Assembly: GCA_016867455.1 (NCBI GenBank)
Contig: VGJJ01000001.1
Span: 3,337 to 67,336 of the forward strand
Length of the DNA: 64,000 nucleotides
Origin: Candidatus Iainarchaeum sp.
GTDB taxonomy: Archaea; Iainarchaeota; Iainarchaeia; Iainarchaeales; VGJJ01
Direction of reading: 5' to 3'
In this document: positions 42,940 to 53,372 of the stretch, piece after piece
Position numbering within the stretch: position 1 is the stretch's first letter
Layout: each line of letters starts with the position of its first letter
Notes under the pieces: model-generated
Database searches by the model: none
The model's input: only the letters and a program-made list of their open reading frames with translations
What the model was told of the DNA's origin: nothing
Position numbers and translations under genes: made by a program

Positions 42940-44526
42940 CTATTCGGTCAAAACGCGATAAATTACCACGTCATCATTCGAATATTCTTCCTCAAGCGGG
43001 AGGTTGAGGAATAATTCTCCTATTTTCTTCTCGCGGGGGCCATAAAACACGTAGGATATTCGTGCGTTGGATAGCAATAATTGTTTTTGATTCAGAGAAA
43101 CCGATTTGTCCAATATTGTGCGCAATTCTGCTTGTTTTTTATCATAATCCATCGTCAAAAACCCATGGGCCAAATAGGGCAGGTGGTGCGTCCTCCATGA
43201 AATGACTTGCCCCACGGGTGGAGAAGATAGCACGATACCCTCCCCTTGTGAAGCGAGCCAGTGAATAGCCGCATCTTCTCCTCGCGTGAGAAAATACTGT
43301 TCTCCCTCACGAATATCAGTGGCCCGATTCTCCACCACGAATGGGACGCTGGCGCATACTAGTATAACGATGGCCCCCCACACCCATGATTTCACGTGGA
43401 AGTGGGGAAAACGTTCGGCTATCCACTCCACGAGGGTGTGCAGTCCCATGATGGAGAAACCCACCACGGCAGGATAGACTAAATACAAATATTTCACTCC
43501 CGCGGGAAGCATGAGTGAAAGTAGGAGTGCACTCCCAAAGAAAATAATTGAAACCACTTTAACGGGCTCTCGAGAAAATCGCACGCGTGCGAGGGCAAAC
43601 AATCCCAAAACGAATGGGAGCCCCATCGCGAAGGGATACATCCAAAATGGTTCACGCCGCTCCCATGACAAATAATAGGCTTGATGATAAACATACACGG
43701 GGTCCCCGCGCGCCCACCACAAATACAATCCAATTAGCACGGCCCCTCCTCCCAAAATAATTCCGTTTCTCCAAACAAATGAAACCCAGTCACTTTTGCG
43801 GCGCACCCACAACGCATACAAAAATGTTATTCCCGCGAGAATACTTCCCACTACTCCTGACGCGGGATGATTAAAAAAAGCGAGTAGAAAACAACCCACT
43901 GCAAAAACAAGATGGCGCGGATTCTCGTTGCTCAACCATCGTGTCAAAAAAATGGTTTCCCAGAGAATAAATCCCAATGACAGCATGGCCAATGGGTGAA
44001 ACATGAATGAGAAAACCGTGTATCCTAAATAGTAAATCAAATCCGTTGAATGCAGCCGTGAAAGTAGTGGAAAAATGGGCGCCAATACCACTGTCGTCCA
44101 ACCGAGTCCTCCCCCAAATAAAAATACAATCAAATAAGTGAAACGTTTTTTGGTTTCGGAAAAAAATTCGCCGCTCAATTTCCACGCGCTCAATGCCAGA
44201 AAAAAAATAATGAGAAAGCGAAACAAGTTCCACGCTGTGTCAATTCCCATTCCCGTGAGTTTAACCACGATTGCGAGCAATGAAAAGTAGAGCACGATGT
44301 ATCGGCCATCCTGCGGTTCACTCGTACTATTGTCTTTCAACAAGAAAGGGTTTCCTTCCACGCCCGAGCGGACATATGCGGCGTATGCTTGTGAGTCTTC
44401 TCCAAAATCAAATCCAATAAAAACGCGATCCGTTTTGGACGCATCATCGAATCCCGTATGCACGGGCAACCATGTCAATATACCCGCGAGCAGGGACAAA
44501 CCAAGCAGCATCATCCACACACGCAT
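42940..44526 (-). CDS. Polytopic membrane protein, GT-C-like, with soluble C-terminal domain
   Basis: Loop ED...Y...VR, many TMs, C-terminal A..WL......VLS...ISYVFYGPRE; ATG at 44526 preferred. Confidence 0.6.
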   Translation of the reverse strand: MRVWMMLLGLSLLAGILTWLPVHTGFDDASKTDRVFIGFDFGEDSQAYAAYVRSGVEGNPFLLKDNSTSEPQDGRYIVLYFSLLAIVVKLTGMGIDTAWNLFRFLIIFFLALSAWKLSGEFFSETKKRFTYLIVFLFGGGLGWTTVVLAPIFPLLSRLHSTDLIYYLGYTVFSFMFHPLAMLSLGFILWETIFLTRWLSNENPRHLVFAVGCFLLAFFNHPASGVVGSILAGITFLYALWVRRKSDWVSFVWRNGIILGGGAVLIGLYLWWARGDPVYVYHQAYYLSWERREPFWMYPFAMGLPFVLGLFALARVRFSREPVKVVSIIFFGSALLLSLMLPAGVKYLYLVYPAVVGFSIMGLHTLVEWIAERFPHFHVKSWVWGAIVILVCASVPFVVENRATDIREGEQYFLTRGEDAAIHWLASQGEGIVLSSPPVGQVISWRTHHLPYLAHGFLTMDYDKKQAELRTILDKSVSLNQKQLLLSNARISYVFYGPREKKIGELFLNLPLEEEYSNDDVVIYRVLTE

Positions 44527-44590
44527 CTTACACCACGACTCCGATAATTGTACGAGGGGGATTTTAAATGCTGTTTCACCCATCTATTCT

Positions 44591-45703
44591 ATGGTTAATG
44601 ACATTTCCGCACTAAAGCAAGTGCCGAGGCTCTTTTTCAAAGACAATGCCATGCCTCTCCAGCTTATTTTTTTCGTGACAAACAAGTGCAACGCGCGCTG
44701 TTCTCATTGCTTTTACTGGGATGAACTCAACAATCCAGCCAAAAAAGAACTCACCTTGGAAGAAGTCCAAAAAATGTCTAAGTCCATGGGAGAAATGCTC
44801 ATCCTATACTTAGGGGGAGGCGAGCCCTTTTTGCGCAGGGATTTGCCGGAGATTGCCCAAACATTTTATGAAAATAACAACACACGACTCGTGGGAATTC
44901 CCACCAATGCGTTTTTGCCGGAAATCATGCTCCCCAGCATTGACCGAATGTGCACGCTCTGTCCGAATGCGAATATCCTCATCAATGTCTCGATTGATGA
45001 TATCGGCATTGCTCACGAACAGTTTCGTGTTGTTCCCGGAGGATGGGAAAAACTTTTGCGCACAATCGCGGGAATAAAAGAACTCAAAAAAAAGCACAAG
45101 AACCTTGCGCTAGGATGCAACGCTACATTCAATTCCAAAAATCAGGACAAAATTAAAGAAATTTATTATTATTTACGAGACGAAATAAAACCGGATTCGA
45201 TTAATATTAATTTGGTCCGCGGAAAACCAAAAGACCCTCATTGTTCCGACATTGACATTGCCAAATATAATGAAGTCATTGGGATTCTTCAAACGGATTT
45301 AGCTAAAGCGGATTTGGGGTACACGACTTCTTCGTTCCAGAATATTATTAATCAGAATCAGATTCGCACGAAGGAACTTATTTCGCAAACGTATCAAGAC
45401 AAGAAGGCATTCGTCACGTGCACGGCATCCCGGCTCATTGGAGTATTATATCCGGATGGAGAATTATTCCCGTGCGAGTTGCTTGATTCAAAGTATCGTA
45501 TTGGAAATATTCGCGAAACGGACTATGATTTCAAAAAGCTCTGGTTTTCGGAGCGAAATAAAGAAATTGCCAAATGGATCGTGGACACGAAGTGTTTTTG
45601 CACGCATGAATGTTTCATGAGCACGAACACCATGTTTTCTCCGAAAGAAGTAATTGGAACGGTTCTCACCGCTGTGACGCGGCCGATTAAAAATATTAAA
45701 TAG
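44591..45703 (+). CDS. Radical SAM protein with SPASM/twitch domain
   Basis: CNARCSHC, GGGEPFLR, SIDD, C.A......YPDG..FPCE, C.CTHEC; ATG at 44591 (the track's upstream extension overlaps the divergent gene). Confidence 0.9.
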   Translation: MVNDISALKQVPRLFFKDNAMPLQLIFFVTNKCNARCSHCFYWDELNNPAKKELTLEEVQKMSKSMGEMLILYLGGGEPFLRRDLPEIAQTFYENNNTRLVGIPTNAFLPEIMLPSIDRMCTLCPNANILINVSIDDIGIAHEQFRVVPGGWEKLLRTIAGIKELKKKHKNLALGCNATFNSKNQDKIKEIYYYLRDEIKPDSININLVRGKPKDPHCSDIDIAKYNEVIGILQTDLAKADLGYTTSSFQNIINQNQIRTKELISQTYQDKKAFVTCTASRLIGVLYPDGELFPCELLDSKYRIGNIRETDYDFKKLWFSERNKEIAKWIVDTKCFCTHECFMSTNTMFSPKEVIGTVLTAVTRPIKNIK

Positions 45704-45726
45704 TTTTCACGCAGGAATGGGAAAAT

Positions 45727-46689
45727 TTATTTTTTCATCTCGTGTTGTTTGGCGCAGACACCATGATACACGCCGATGGCGTGGGCTAATTTACTTAAGT
45801 AAACAAATGGGGCATACGCGATTACTTCCATGTGTCGTGGCAACCAATGTCCAATAACAAATCCAGTATGTAAAATGGATAATGGAATAATCATCAATGC
45901 CGCCCCAAGCGGCCGTTGGGGGAATAACCAACTGTATTCCGTTCCGCTTTCTTTGGTGCGGATCCACGCGGCTTTCGTCCCATAGTTATAATGGTGCTTC
46001 AGAAATTTTTTCAACGTTTGTCGATCGTGATGGGCCATTCGAATGCGGGGAGCAAATGCAATCGAGTATCCTGCGCGGTGAATGCGTTGACAATATTCCA
46101 CGTCCTCCAAGTAGCGCAACGATTCATTGAAATAACCCACTTTCTCAATGACCTCGCGCGCGAACGAGAGATTAGTGGATGAAATTTGGTAGCGGTCATC
46201 CTGGGGTTTTTTTTCAGGGTAATACTCGTACCACGTCGAAAAGTGATCGCACATGCCCACAAAATTATTATTCCAGGGAACCACACTTCCGCCTACGATT
46301 TTTTTTCCCAATGATTGTTCATGCACGTGCGCAGCAATCCATCCAGGAAATACTTTTGCATCCGCGTCCTGTATCAAAATTATTTCTCCCTTTGCCATTC
46401 GAAAGGCAACATTTCGTGCAACGGCTTGGCCGGAGTTAGGTTGGTAAACATACGTCACGCGTGGAAATGATTGAATAATGGCGGCGGTATCGTCCGTGCT
46501 CCCGTCATCCACTGCAATAATCTCAAATGCTGGATAATCCTGCGTCACAATCGACTCAAGTACTTCGCGCAGGGTGGATGAGGCATTGTAACACGGAAGC
46601 ACTACGGAAACAAATGGAAATTCCTTCGTGGAGCGTGTGTTTTTGGATACCGTGGCGCGTTGTTTTTTCACGCGGGGTCGGGGGGTCAT
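45727..46689 (-). CDS. GT2 glycosyltransferase
   Basis: VSVVLPCYN, VDDGSTD, G.AVARN, QDAD, EDVE. Confidence 0.9.
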   Translation of the reverse strand: MTPRPRVKKQRATVSKNTRSTKEFPFVSVVLPCYNASSTLREVLESIVTQDYPAFEIIAVDDGSTDDTAAIIQSFPRVTYVYQPNSGQAVARNVAFRMAKGEIILIQDADAKVFPGWIAAHVHEQSLGKKIVGGSVVPWNNNFVGMCDHFSTWYEYYPEKKPQDDRYQISSTNLSFAREVIEKVGYFNESLRYLEDVEYCQRIHRAGYSIAFAPRIRMAHHDRQTLKKFLKHHYNYGTKAAWIRTKESGTEYSWLFPQRPLGAALMIIPLSILHTGFVIGHWLPRHMEVIAYAPFVYLSKLAHAIGVYHGVCAKQHEMKK

Positions 46690-46787
46690 ACACCATGCTG
46701 AATTAACCCTGTTTTAAACTCACTCCCAGGGTGGGATACACATATATATCATCCCCGACGTAATCCTCTTGTTGGATGGATTAATTC

Positions 46788-47558
46788 ATGAAAAAAAATA
46801 GTCGTGTCCGTTCCCCAAAAAGTGGGAATGAGAAATCGTTTGCCATTTTGGTGGTGGCATATTTTGCTGAAAAAACAATTGAGGATGTTCTCTCAAAAAT
46901 TCCCCCTCAAACAGTGAAGGAATGTGCGGAAATTATTGTACAAGACGATGCATCCACGGACCGAACCACGCCAGTCGCGGAAGAATTCAAGAAAAAAAAT
47001 GGTTGGAAAAACCTCACGATTGTTCACAATGAAAAAAACCTCGGGTATGGGGGGAACCAAAAAAAGGGATACCAGTATTGCTACGAGAAAGGGTATGATT
47101 GCGTAGTCATGCTGCACGGGGACGCACAATATCCTCCTGAGGATTCTCCCAAACTCCTCGCCCCCTTGCTTGCCGGAGAGGCCGAGATGACGTTTGGTTC
47201 ACGCATGACGGGAAAACCCTTGGAAGGGGGAATGCCCTTGTGGAAATTTTTGGGAAACAAATTTTTGACCATTTATGCCAACTTTATGCTGGGAATGAAA
47301 TTGAGTGAGTATCATTCCGGTTTTCGCGCCTATAATGTAAAGGCCCTTCATGAAGCGGGAGTCCAAAACTGTTCCGATAATTTTGTTTTTGACACGGATA
47401 TTGTTATTGCATTCAAGAAAAAAAATTTCCGGATTGCCGAGTGTACAATCCCAACGCATTATGGTCCCGAGTCCCGGCAGATTCGACCCATTCCCGTCCT
47501 GCGGTATGGTCTTCAAATCATGAAACGCGTAACCTTCTTTCGTCTAAATTTGCGATGA
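46788..47558 (+). CDS. GT2 (DPM-synthase-like) glycosyltransferase
   Basis: DDASTD, NLGYGGNQK.GY, MLHGDAQY, GSRM, GGMP.WKF.GN, EYHSGFRAY. Confidence 0.9.
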   Translation: MKKNSRVRSPKSGNEKSFAILVVAYFAEKTIEDVLSKIPPQTVKECAEIIVQDDASTDRTTPVAEEFKKKNGWKNLTIVHNEKNLGYGGNQKKGYQYCYEKGYDCVVMLHGDAQYPPEDSPKLLAPLLAGEAEMTFGSRMTGKPLEGGMPLWKFLGNKFLTIYANFMLGMKLSEYHSGFRAYNVKALHEAGVQNCSDNFVFDTDIVIAFKKKNFRIAECTIPTHYGPESRQIRPIPVLRYGLQIMKRVTFFRLNLR

Positions 47559-47617
47559 TTGCACGAATACTCTTTAAAAGTGCCGGACTTCCCTATTAGT
47601 AAATTGAGTGTTTTTTC

Positions 47618-49249
47618 ATGACTATTCCTATTATTGAACACCCTATCCCGCCGACGCGCTCGAATGGGCGTAGTGACCTATTTTTGGCCGCGGAAGAACC
47701 GGAAGAATACAAAGCTCCCGAGTTCCAAATCAAGGAAAACAATCACATCCGTGTGACGCGGGTCGAGGCACCGGCCATTTATGAGTCTCGCCTCTCTTCC
47801 GAAGAGGAAAAATCCCGTTTGGCGGGAAAAAAAGTATTGTTGATTCTGCCGATTGATTTTAGTGTGAACACTGCTCTCCCCAAAGGATTGAAGCATCACA
47901 TTCCCCCATTGGGAGTATTGTATATTGCTTCCTGCATGCGCGAATTAGGTGTGAGTGTAAAAATTTTGGATATGCAAGTGGAAATGGAAGGAAAAGTGGC
48001 GAACGAGGAAAATGTAAAAATAATCATTCAAAATGAAAAACCCGACTATGTGGGAGTAGGGGCTACTATCATTAATTGGGACGCGGCCATTGCCACGATT
48101 AAAATGTCCAAGGAGCTTTTTCCCAATGTCAAAATTTTTGTGGGCGGACCCCACATTACGGCGTTGGGCACCGATGCATTAGACTTGGTTCCCCAAATTG
48201 ATTTCGTGATTAATGGAGAAGGAGAAGAAGTTGCTCCTAACATGCTGCGCGAAGCCGTTCAGGACAATCCTGATTTTTCGCGCGTGCGCGGACTCATTTA
48301 CAAGACAAGTGAGCGCGCATACACGGTGACGGGATACAACATGTTTCTCCGCGACCTGAACAAGATTCCTTTTCCGGCGTGGGATTTGGTGAAACTTGAC
48401 CATTATGCGCTTTCCCCATTAATGCAATTTCAGCCCGGACGCAGCGTGAATATGATTTCTTCCCGCGGTTGCGTGTTTTCGTGCATCTTCTGCGACCACG
48501 GTGTTCGCGGAAGCGGTTGGCGTGCGCGTTCTCCTGAGAATGTGGTGGGTGAATTCAAGTACTTGCATTCCCTCGGCGTCCGAAACGTTTGGTTGGTGGA
48601 TGATTTGTTCACCGTCTCGCGGCAGCGTGTTCAAGAGATTTGTGATTTGCTTTTGAAAGAAAAGATTAACATGAATTGGTCCTGCCAGGCGCGCGTGGAT
48701 TGTATTGATGAACCCACTCTCATCAAAATGAAGGAAGCAGGTTGCCGTCTCATTAGTTATGGGGTCGAATCCGGCAATGAGCGCGTGTTGAAATTAATCA
48801 AGAAAAGACTCAACTTGGATAAGGTGCGCGAAATTATTGCATTGACGAACAAAGTAGGAATTGAGACCCGCTGCTTTTTCATGATGGGTTTCCCCTCGGA
48901 AACGAAAGAAGAGATTGAGGACACTCTCCGCTTGGCTCTTGAATTAAATCCCACGTTCATCACGTATTCCATTGCCACTCCTCTCCCTAACACGGAGATG
49001 TGGGACATGTTGAAAGACCAATTATCCTATGAAAAATGGTCCCAATTCAATAGTTTTGGCGCGGACAAACTCGCCTATACTCCGGATGGTATTTCTCAGA
49101 AAGACCTCATGGTGTTGTGGAAGAAAGCCCATCGACAATTTTTGTTGAGGCCATCATGGTTAATGGGCCGCATGGTGGATGGGATTAAACACCCGTACAA
49201 TTTTGTGCGATACTACAAAGCCTCTTCAGCCATGAAACTAGTTGCCTAA
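47618..49249 (+). CDS. Cobalamin-binding radical SAM protein with N-terminal extension
   Basis: PPLGVLYIAS, GGPH, GEGE, SRGCVFSCIFC, DDLF, GVESG. Confidence 0.92.
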   Translation: MTIPIIEHPIPPTRSNGRSDLFLAAEEPEEYKAPEFQIKENNHIRVTRVEAPAIYESRLSSEEEKSRLAGKKVLLILPIDFSVNTALPKGLKHHIPPLGVLYIASCMRELGVSVKILDMQVEMEGKVANEENVKIIIQNEKPDYVGVGATIINWDAAIATIKMSKELFPNVKIFVGGPHITALGTDALDLVPQIDFVINGEGEEVAPNMLREAVQDNPDFSRVRGLIYKTSERAYTVTGYNMFLRDLNKIPFPAWDLVKLDHYALSPLMQFQPGRSVNMISSRGCVFSCIFCDHGVRGSGWRARSPENVVGEFKYLHSLGVRNVWLVDDLFTVSRQRVQEICDLLLKEKINMNWSCQARVDCIDEPTLIKMKEAGCRLISYGVESGNERVLKLIKKRLNLDKVREIIALTNKVGIETRCFFMMGFPSETKEEIEDTLRLALELNPTFITYSIATPLPNTEMWDMLKDQLSYEKWSQFNSFGADKLAYTPDGISQKDLMVLWKKAHRQFLLRPSWLMGRMVDGIKHPYNFVRYYKASSAMKLVA

Positions 49250-49279
49250 TCACAAACAAAAAATAAAAAAAATCGCACA

Positions 49280-50194
49280 CTAATTGTCATTTTTTTTGAT
49301 CAGTACACGCGCCCAAAATATAGAAAAAATAAATGCTAGCACGTAGCCCGTCGCGGTGTTTATTCCTGAAACAACAATCGTCACACTGCTGGGAACGCCC
49401 ACGTTTTCAAGGAGCACAGCCATGAGTCCTTCACGAATTCCAATCCCATTAATACTAATGGGAGCGAGCGCGGCTAATTGTACAAGTGAAGTTGCCACCA
49501 GTACGGTCGTCCACTCCACCGAGTATCCGGCTATAGCAAAAAGTTGTTGAAAAATGAGTGAGGTGATGCCAAGTTGTATCGTACCCATCAGCAACAAACT
49601 AACAAAAATAGGGGGTTGTAAAAAAACGGTTTGAAAAGCAAGAGTGAAGCCGGATAATTTTTTTATCCAGGATAAAGGAAGGAGCTTCTGCCACGTGGAA
49701 CGGAAAAGAAATAATCCACTCCCCGCGAGGAGCACCCCTAAAATGAGTCCCACGACCATGAGTGGTTGTTGATTCACAAACGGAAAAACCCAGTAGCTTC
49801 CAACCACACCAAACAAGAGCACCAAAATGCCCAGGCTGACGCGATACGAGAGTGCAATAGCGGCTCCTTGTCCAAGCGACAATCCTTCTTTCTGCCAAAA
49901 CCACGCCACCGCAAACGACCCTAATTTTCCGGGCGTTACGGACTCCACAATCCAGCTGCGCATGACGGATTCCATAACACGCGTGAATGGAATTTTTCGA
50001 ATACGCCACAATTGCGCATAGTATGCCGTTGCATTCAACAATAAATTGACAAAGACTCCGATGACCGACCAAAAAAGGAGTGCGGGAGCAGCCGCTGCGA
50101 GTTTTTCGGCAGCGTGAAGCGGGTCAAACACATAGAGAAGGATGCCCAAAATTCCAATGGTTGCCACCCAGCGCCACACGGGAGATTTCATCAT
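49280..50194 (-). CDS. UPF0104/LPG-synthase TM flippase-like membrane protein
   Basis: TPGKLG, PISINGIGIREG, multiple TMs. Confidence 0.8.
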   Translation of the reverse strand: MMKSPVWRWVATIGILGILLYVFDPLHAAEKLAAAAPALLFWSVIGVFVNLLLNATAYYAQLWRIRKIPFTRVMESVMRSWIVESVTPGKLGSFAVAWFWQKEGLSLGQGAAIALSYRVSLGILVLLFGVVGSYWVFPFVNQQPLMVVGLILGVLLAGSGLFLFRSTWQKLLPLSWIKKLSGFTLAFQTVFLQPPIFVSLLLMGTIQLGITSLIFQQLFAIAGYSVEWTTVLVATSLVQLAALAPISINGIGIREGLMAVLLENVGVPSSVTIVVSGINTATGYVLAFIFSIFWARVLIKKNDN

Positions 50195-50704
50195 GCGTTA
50201 TTCCCCGTTTTGGTTAACCAAACCCTAATTCCGGAGACATAAAAAAATCGTTCCCAAATAGCAGGAAACGCGTTTGCAAAAATATCCAATAAGGAGAGTG
50301 GAAATCGTTTATCCACGAGAAGGTGAATTTTGGTGACGCGCAAATCCTGTACACGGTCGTGGGGTTCAAGAAAAATGGTAAACATGGAGTGAGAAAAAAA
50401 ATGACGATGGGTAAAACGATAGGCGCTTGGATTCTTGAAATGAGGAACTTGAATTTCAAGTGTTCCTCCCACCTTCAGGATTCGGGATGCGCTCTCCAGA
50501 AAGTGTTCCAGCGACTCGACGTGTTCTAATCCATCTTCTATCAAAATGTATTCAGCACTTCCCGGTTTGGAGAAAGACCATGGTTTATTGATGTCCGCCA
50601 CGACTTCTTGTCCAAACTTTTCGCGGTCAACATTGATCCATCCCGGCAATATTTTCTGGGGGCCGCAGCACAAATGATAATGCATACTCACAACTAGTAT
50701 CATG
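50191..50704 (-). CDS. SAM-dependent methyltransferase-like protein
   Basis: HLCCG.....GWINVD, LEHV, RILKVGG...I.VPH, TH..FF; start uncertain (50704 or 50683). Confidence 0.75.
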
Positions 50705-50820
50705 CCCCGGTTCCTTTTTGAGCCTTTACTCTTCGAGCATTGTCCCATAAATACGCGTAAAACACCCGCCAACCAACCCAATCCATAAAAAGCGTTTTTG
50801 ACAGAGGATGGTTATCTCCC

Positions 50821-52311
50821 ATGTCCCACATGATTGTACAAGCACTGACTCACCCGAATGCTCGGTGGAAAATTCTCTTGGTTAGCGCATTATTTTTCCT
50901 CCTGGTTTTCGGATGGTATTACCCGTCCTACTATACATCGGGAGATGAACACCAATACGTGACCAACGCCGCACTCATCACGCAAGGAGATTTGACCCAA
51001 GAGAGCAACCATTATTACTGTGCTCTCCGCGCCTCTCCCAACGGATATTTTTCACCGTATCCGATTGGAAAATCACTGCAATTAATTCCCTTTCTCAACA
51101 ATTTTTTATCCGTCATTTTTTGGTCGGGTGCACTCATTCACATCATTAATTTTTTTCTTATCATACTCATTTTCCGCCGGACGAAGACAAATGAATGCTG
51201 GTCGCTCATTTACATATTTTTCCCCGCATTTCAATGGAGTGCACGCACCCTCTTTCCCGAGTTGAGCGTGCTGACGTTTTTCCTCGCGGCATATTATGCG
51301 TGGCTGCACACGCGATTACGACATACAATAATGAGTGGATTTCTCCTTGGTTGCGCACTATTTTTCCGTACGGACGCATTCTTGGGAATGATTGCGTTCA
51401 CCGCTCAGGCTATTCTGCGTGAACGATCACGAGTCATTCCGTTGCTCATTGGATTTCTCATCCCGTTGGCCGTTCTCTTAGTATTCAACGCGAGCACATA
51501 CCACGCCCTCCTCCCTCAAGCAGGCAGTACTTCATCCATTCTTGGAAGTAATTTTGGCTGGAGTTTACTCTTGGAATGGATTACTTTCCTCGTACTCTTA
51601 CTCATTATCACTCCCCCCCTCTCGGGTTGGGCGATTTGGAAACACGCTTCTCATCGAATACTTTTCATGACGCTTGTTTTAGGCACGAGCATTTTCTTTG
51701 TTCGCTTTTATTCATTCTGGTCGCTCGGCACATCTATTCCACATATTTTTACCGTGCGCCTCCGTTATTTCATTCCTGCGATTGGATTGTTGATTATTCC
51801 CGCGGCCCAAGCATATTCACACATCGTCGCAATGCACATCATGCCTTTCTTTTCAATAATGAATGAAAAAAAGCGCACTATTCTCACGGGAATCATGGTG
51901 GTTTTGACTCTCCTCCTCTTGGGGGCGGGCACCATTGTTATTCACGCTCAACACGGTGCGTTATTGGATTCTCGCCGCGTCGCATTTGATGCTATTCACG
52001 CGTCCATACCTGAGAATGCAATCGTTATTGGTTCGGCGGATGATTGTATTTATTTTCTCCCCGAAATCAGTGGTATGAAAAAATATTATCACATTGATAA
52101 CCTCCCCGACGATTTCGTTATTACAAAAGAGGCGTATTTCATTTCCCTTTCATACGCTACGCAGCGTGATTCGGGAACGGTGCGCCAACCCCTCATCGAT
52201 GCGGAGCGCCAAAAAATGCAAAAATATGTGGATGCTCACGCAAGTAATCTTAAGCTCATTTTTTCGTATCGCGGAGAAACGTACATTGATATCTGGCAGG
52301 GTTTTCCATGA
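50821..52311 (+). CDS. GT-C (PMT/ArnT-like) membrane glycosyltransferase candidate
   Basis: GDEHQY after TM1, YPIG, FPE, FFRTD, RYFIP; about 11 TMs. Confidence 0.7.
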   Translation: MSHMIVQALTHPNARWKILLVSALFFLLVFGWYYPSYYTSGDEHQYVTNAALITQGDLTQESNHYYCALRASPNGYFSPYPIGKSLQLIPFLNNFLSVIFWSGALIHIINFFLIILIFRRTKTNECWSLIYIFFPAFQWSARTLFPELSVLTFFLAAYYAWLHTRLRHTIMSGFLLGCALFFRTDAFLGMIAFTAQAILRERSRVIPLLIGFLIPLAVLLVFNASTYHALLPQAGSTSSILGSNFGWSLLLEWITFLVLLLIITPPLSGWAIWKHASHRILFMTLVLGTSIFFVRFYSFWSLGTSIPHIFTVRLRYFIPAIGLLIIPAAQAYSHIVAMHIMPFFSIMNEKKRTILTGIMVVLTLLLLGAGTIVIHAQHGALLDSRRVAFDAIHASIPENAIVIGSADDCIYFLPEISGMKKYYHIDNLPDDFVITKEAYFISLSYATQRDSGTVRQPLIDAERQKMQKYVDAHASNLKLIFSYRGETYIDIWQGFP

Positions 52312-53372
52312 AAAAAAAATTGGGCAACGCCGTATTATTCAATTTGTCTAATCGCTCGATTCCCGGAGGAACGGAGAGTTTTGCCCGAGTTCTGGGAAAA
52401 ATAGTTCCTGATTTGCGCGTGGTGGGAAGAGAAGACGTCTTGTCGGATGGCCTTCGTTTTCCTCAAACCATGTTGAATGATGTGGCGGTGGCTAAGGCGC
52501 AAGCAGAATGGTTGGAAAATCAATCGGTTAAACCATCGTTTCTTTTCACCAGCGGCCTCCACGGTTGGGCAGTTCCTTCAACGTTAACAAACATTCCAAC
52601 GATTGGTGTTCTCCACGGGTCATTTTTCCGATTGGCAGATGTTGCCTATCCAGCATGGCATCCGCTCTATTGGAGAATGAAGCTGGTATATTCTCATTTT
52701 GAGAAGAAGAGTCTGGCGAATGCCCATGTGCGCGTGTCCAATTCTCCCCTCACTCAAAAAAATAATGAAATAGATTATCAATTAGACTCGCGCGTGGTGG
52801 AATTGCCCATTGACACGACTATTTTTTCTCCTGGAAGTAAAACAATCGCGCGTAAAAAAATAGGTTTTGCTGACTCCAAAAAAATAGTATTATTCGTGGG
52901 CAATCCAACTTATTCAAAGGGATGGGATATTGTCCAAATGCTTGCGCGAGAATTCCCCGAAGTCGCATTCATGTGCATCTGCTACCCCGCTCCCCTGTCA
53001 ACGGATAAAAACATGATTATTATCCCATCGGTCCCGCACGAAAAATTAGTGAATTATTATCGCTCCGCTGATGTGCTGGTGTTTCCCTCTCGCTATGAAG
53101 GATTTGGCTTTGTATTATTGGAAGCCCTCGCGAGCAATTGCCCCGTCATTTCTTCCCGTGTGGGGATTGTGAATAATTTTACAGGAGAAGGATTGCACGT
53201 CATTCCTCACCACCCGGATGCGTTTGTTGTAAAATTGCGGGAAGTATTGAAAAGCAATTCCGGCGCCAACACGCACCGCGTGATTCGTGAACGGTTTTCG
53301 TTCAACCATTTTTCTCGCGGAATTAGAGAGGCCATGAACGATGCCGCGCAACGCGCAGGTGATTATGAATGA
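52308..53372 (+). CDS. GT4 glycosyltransferase
   Basis: PGGTE, LFVG....KG, YRSADVLVFPSRYEGFG.V.LEALAS. Confidence 0.9.
   Translation: MKKKLGNAVLFNLSNRSIPGGTESFARVLGKIVPDLRVVGREDVLSDGLRFPQTMLNDVAVAKAQAEWLENQSVKPSFLFTSGLHGWAVPSTLTNIPTIGVLHGSFFRLADVAYPAWHPLYWRMKLVYSHFEKKSLANAHVRVSNSPLTQKNNEIDYQLDSRVVELPIDTTIFSPGSKTIARKKIGFADSKKIVLFVGNPTYSKGWDIVQMLAREFPEVAFMCICYPAPLSTDKNMIIIPSVPHEKLVNYYRSADVLVFPSRYEGFGFVLLEALASNCPVISSRVGIVNNFTGEGLHVIPHHPDAFVVKLREVLKSNSGANTHRVIRERFSFNHFSRGIREAMNDAAQRAGDYE

Noticed and set aside
44297-44590. Apparent long overlap of the divergent genes 42940-44583 and 44297-45703
   Set aside because: Downstream ATGs (44526 on minus, 44591 on plus) with an intervening TTTTAAA remove the overlap
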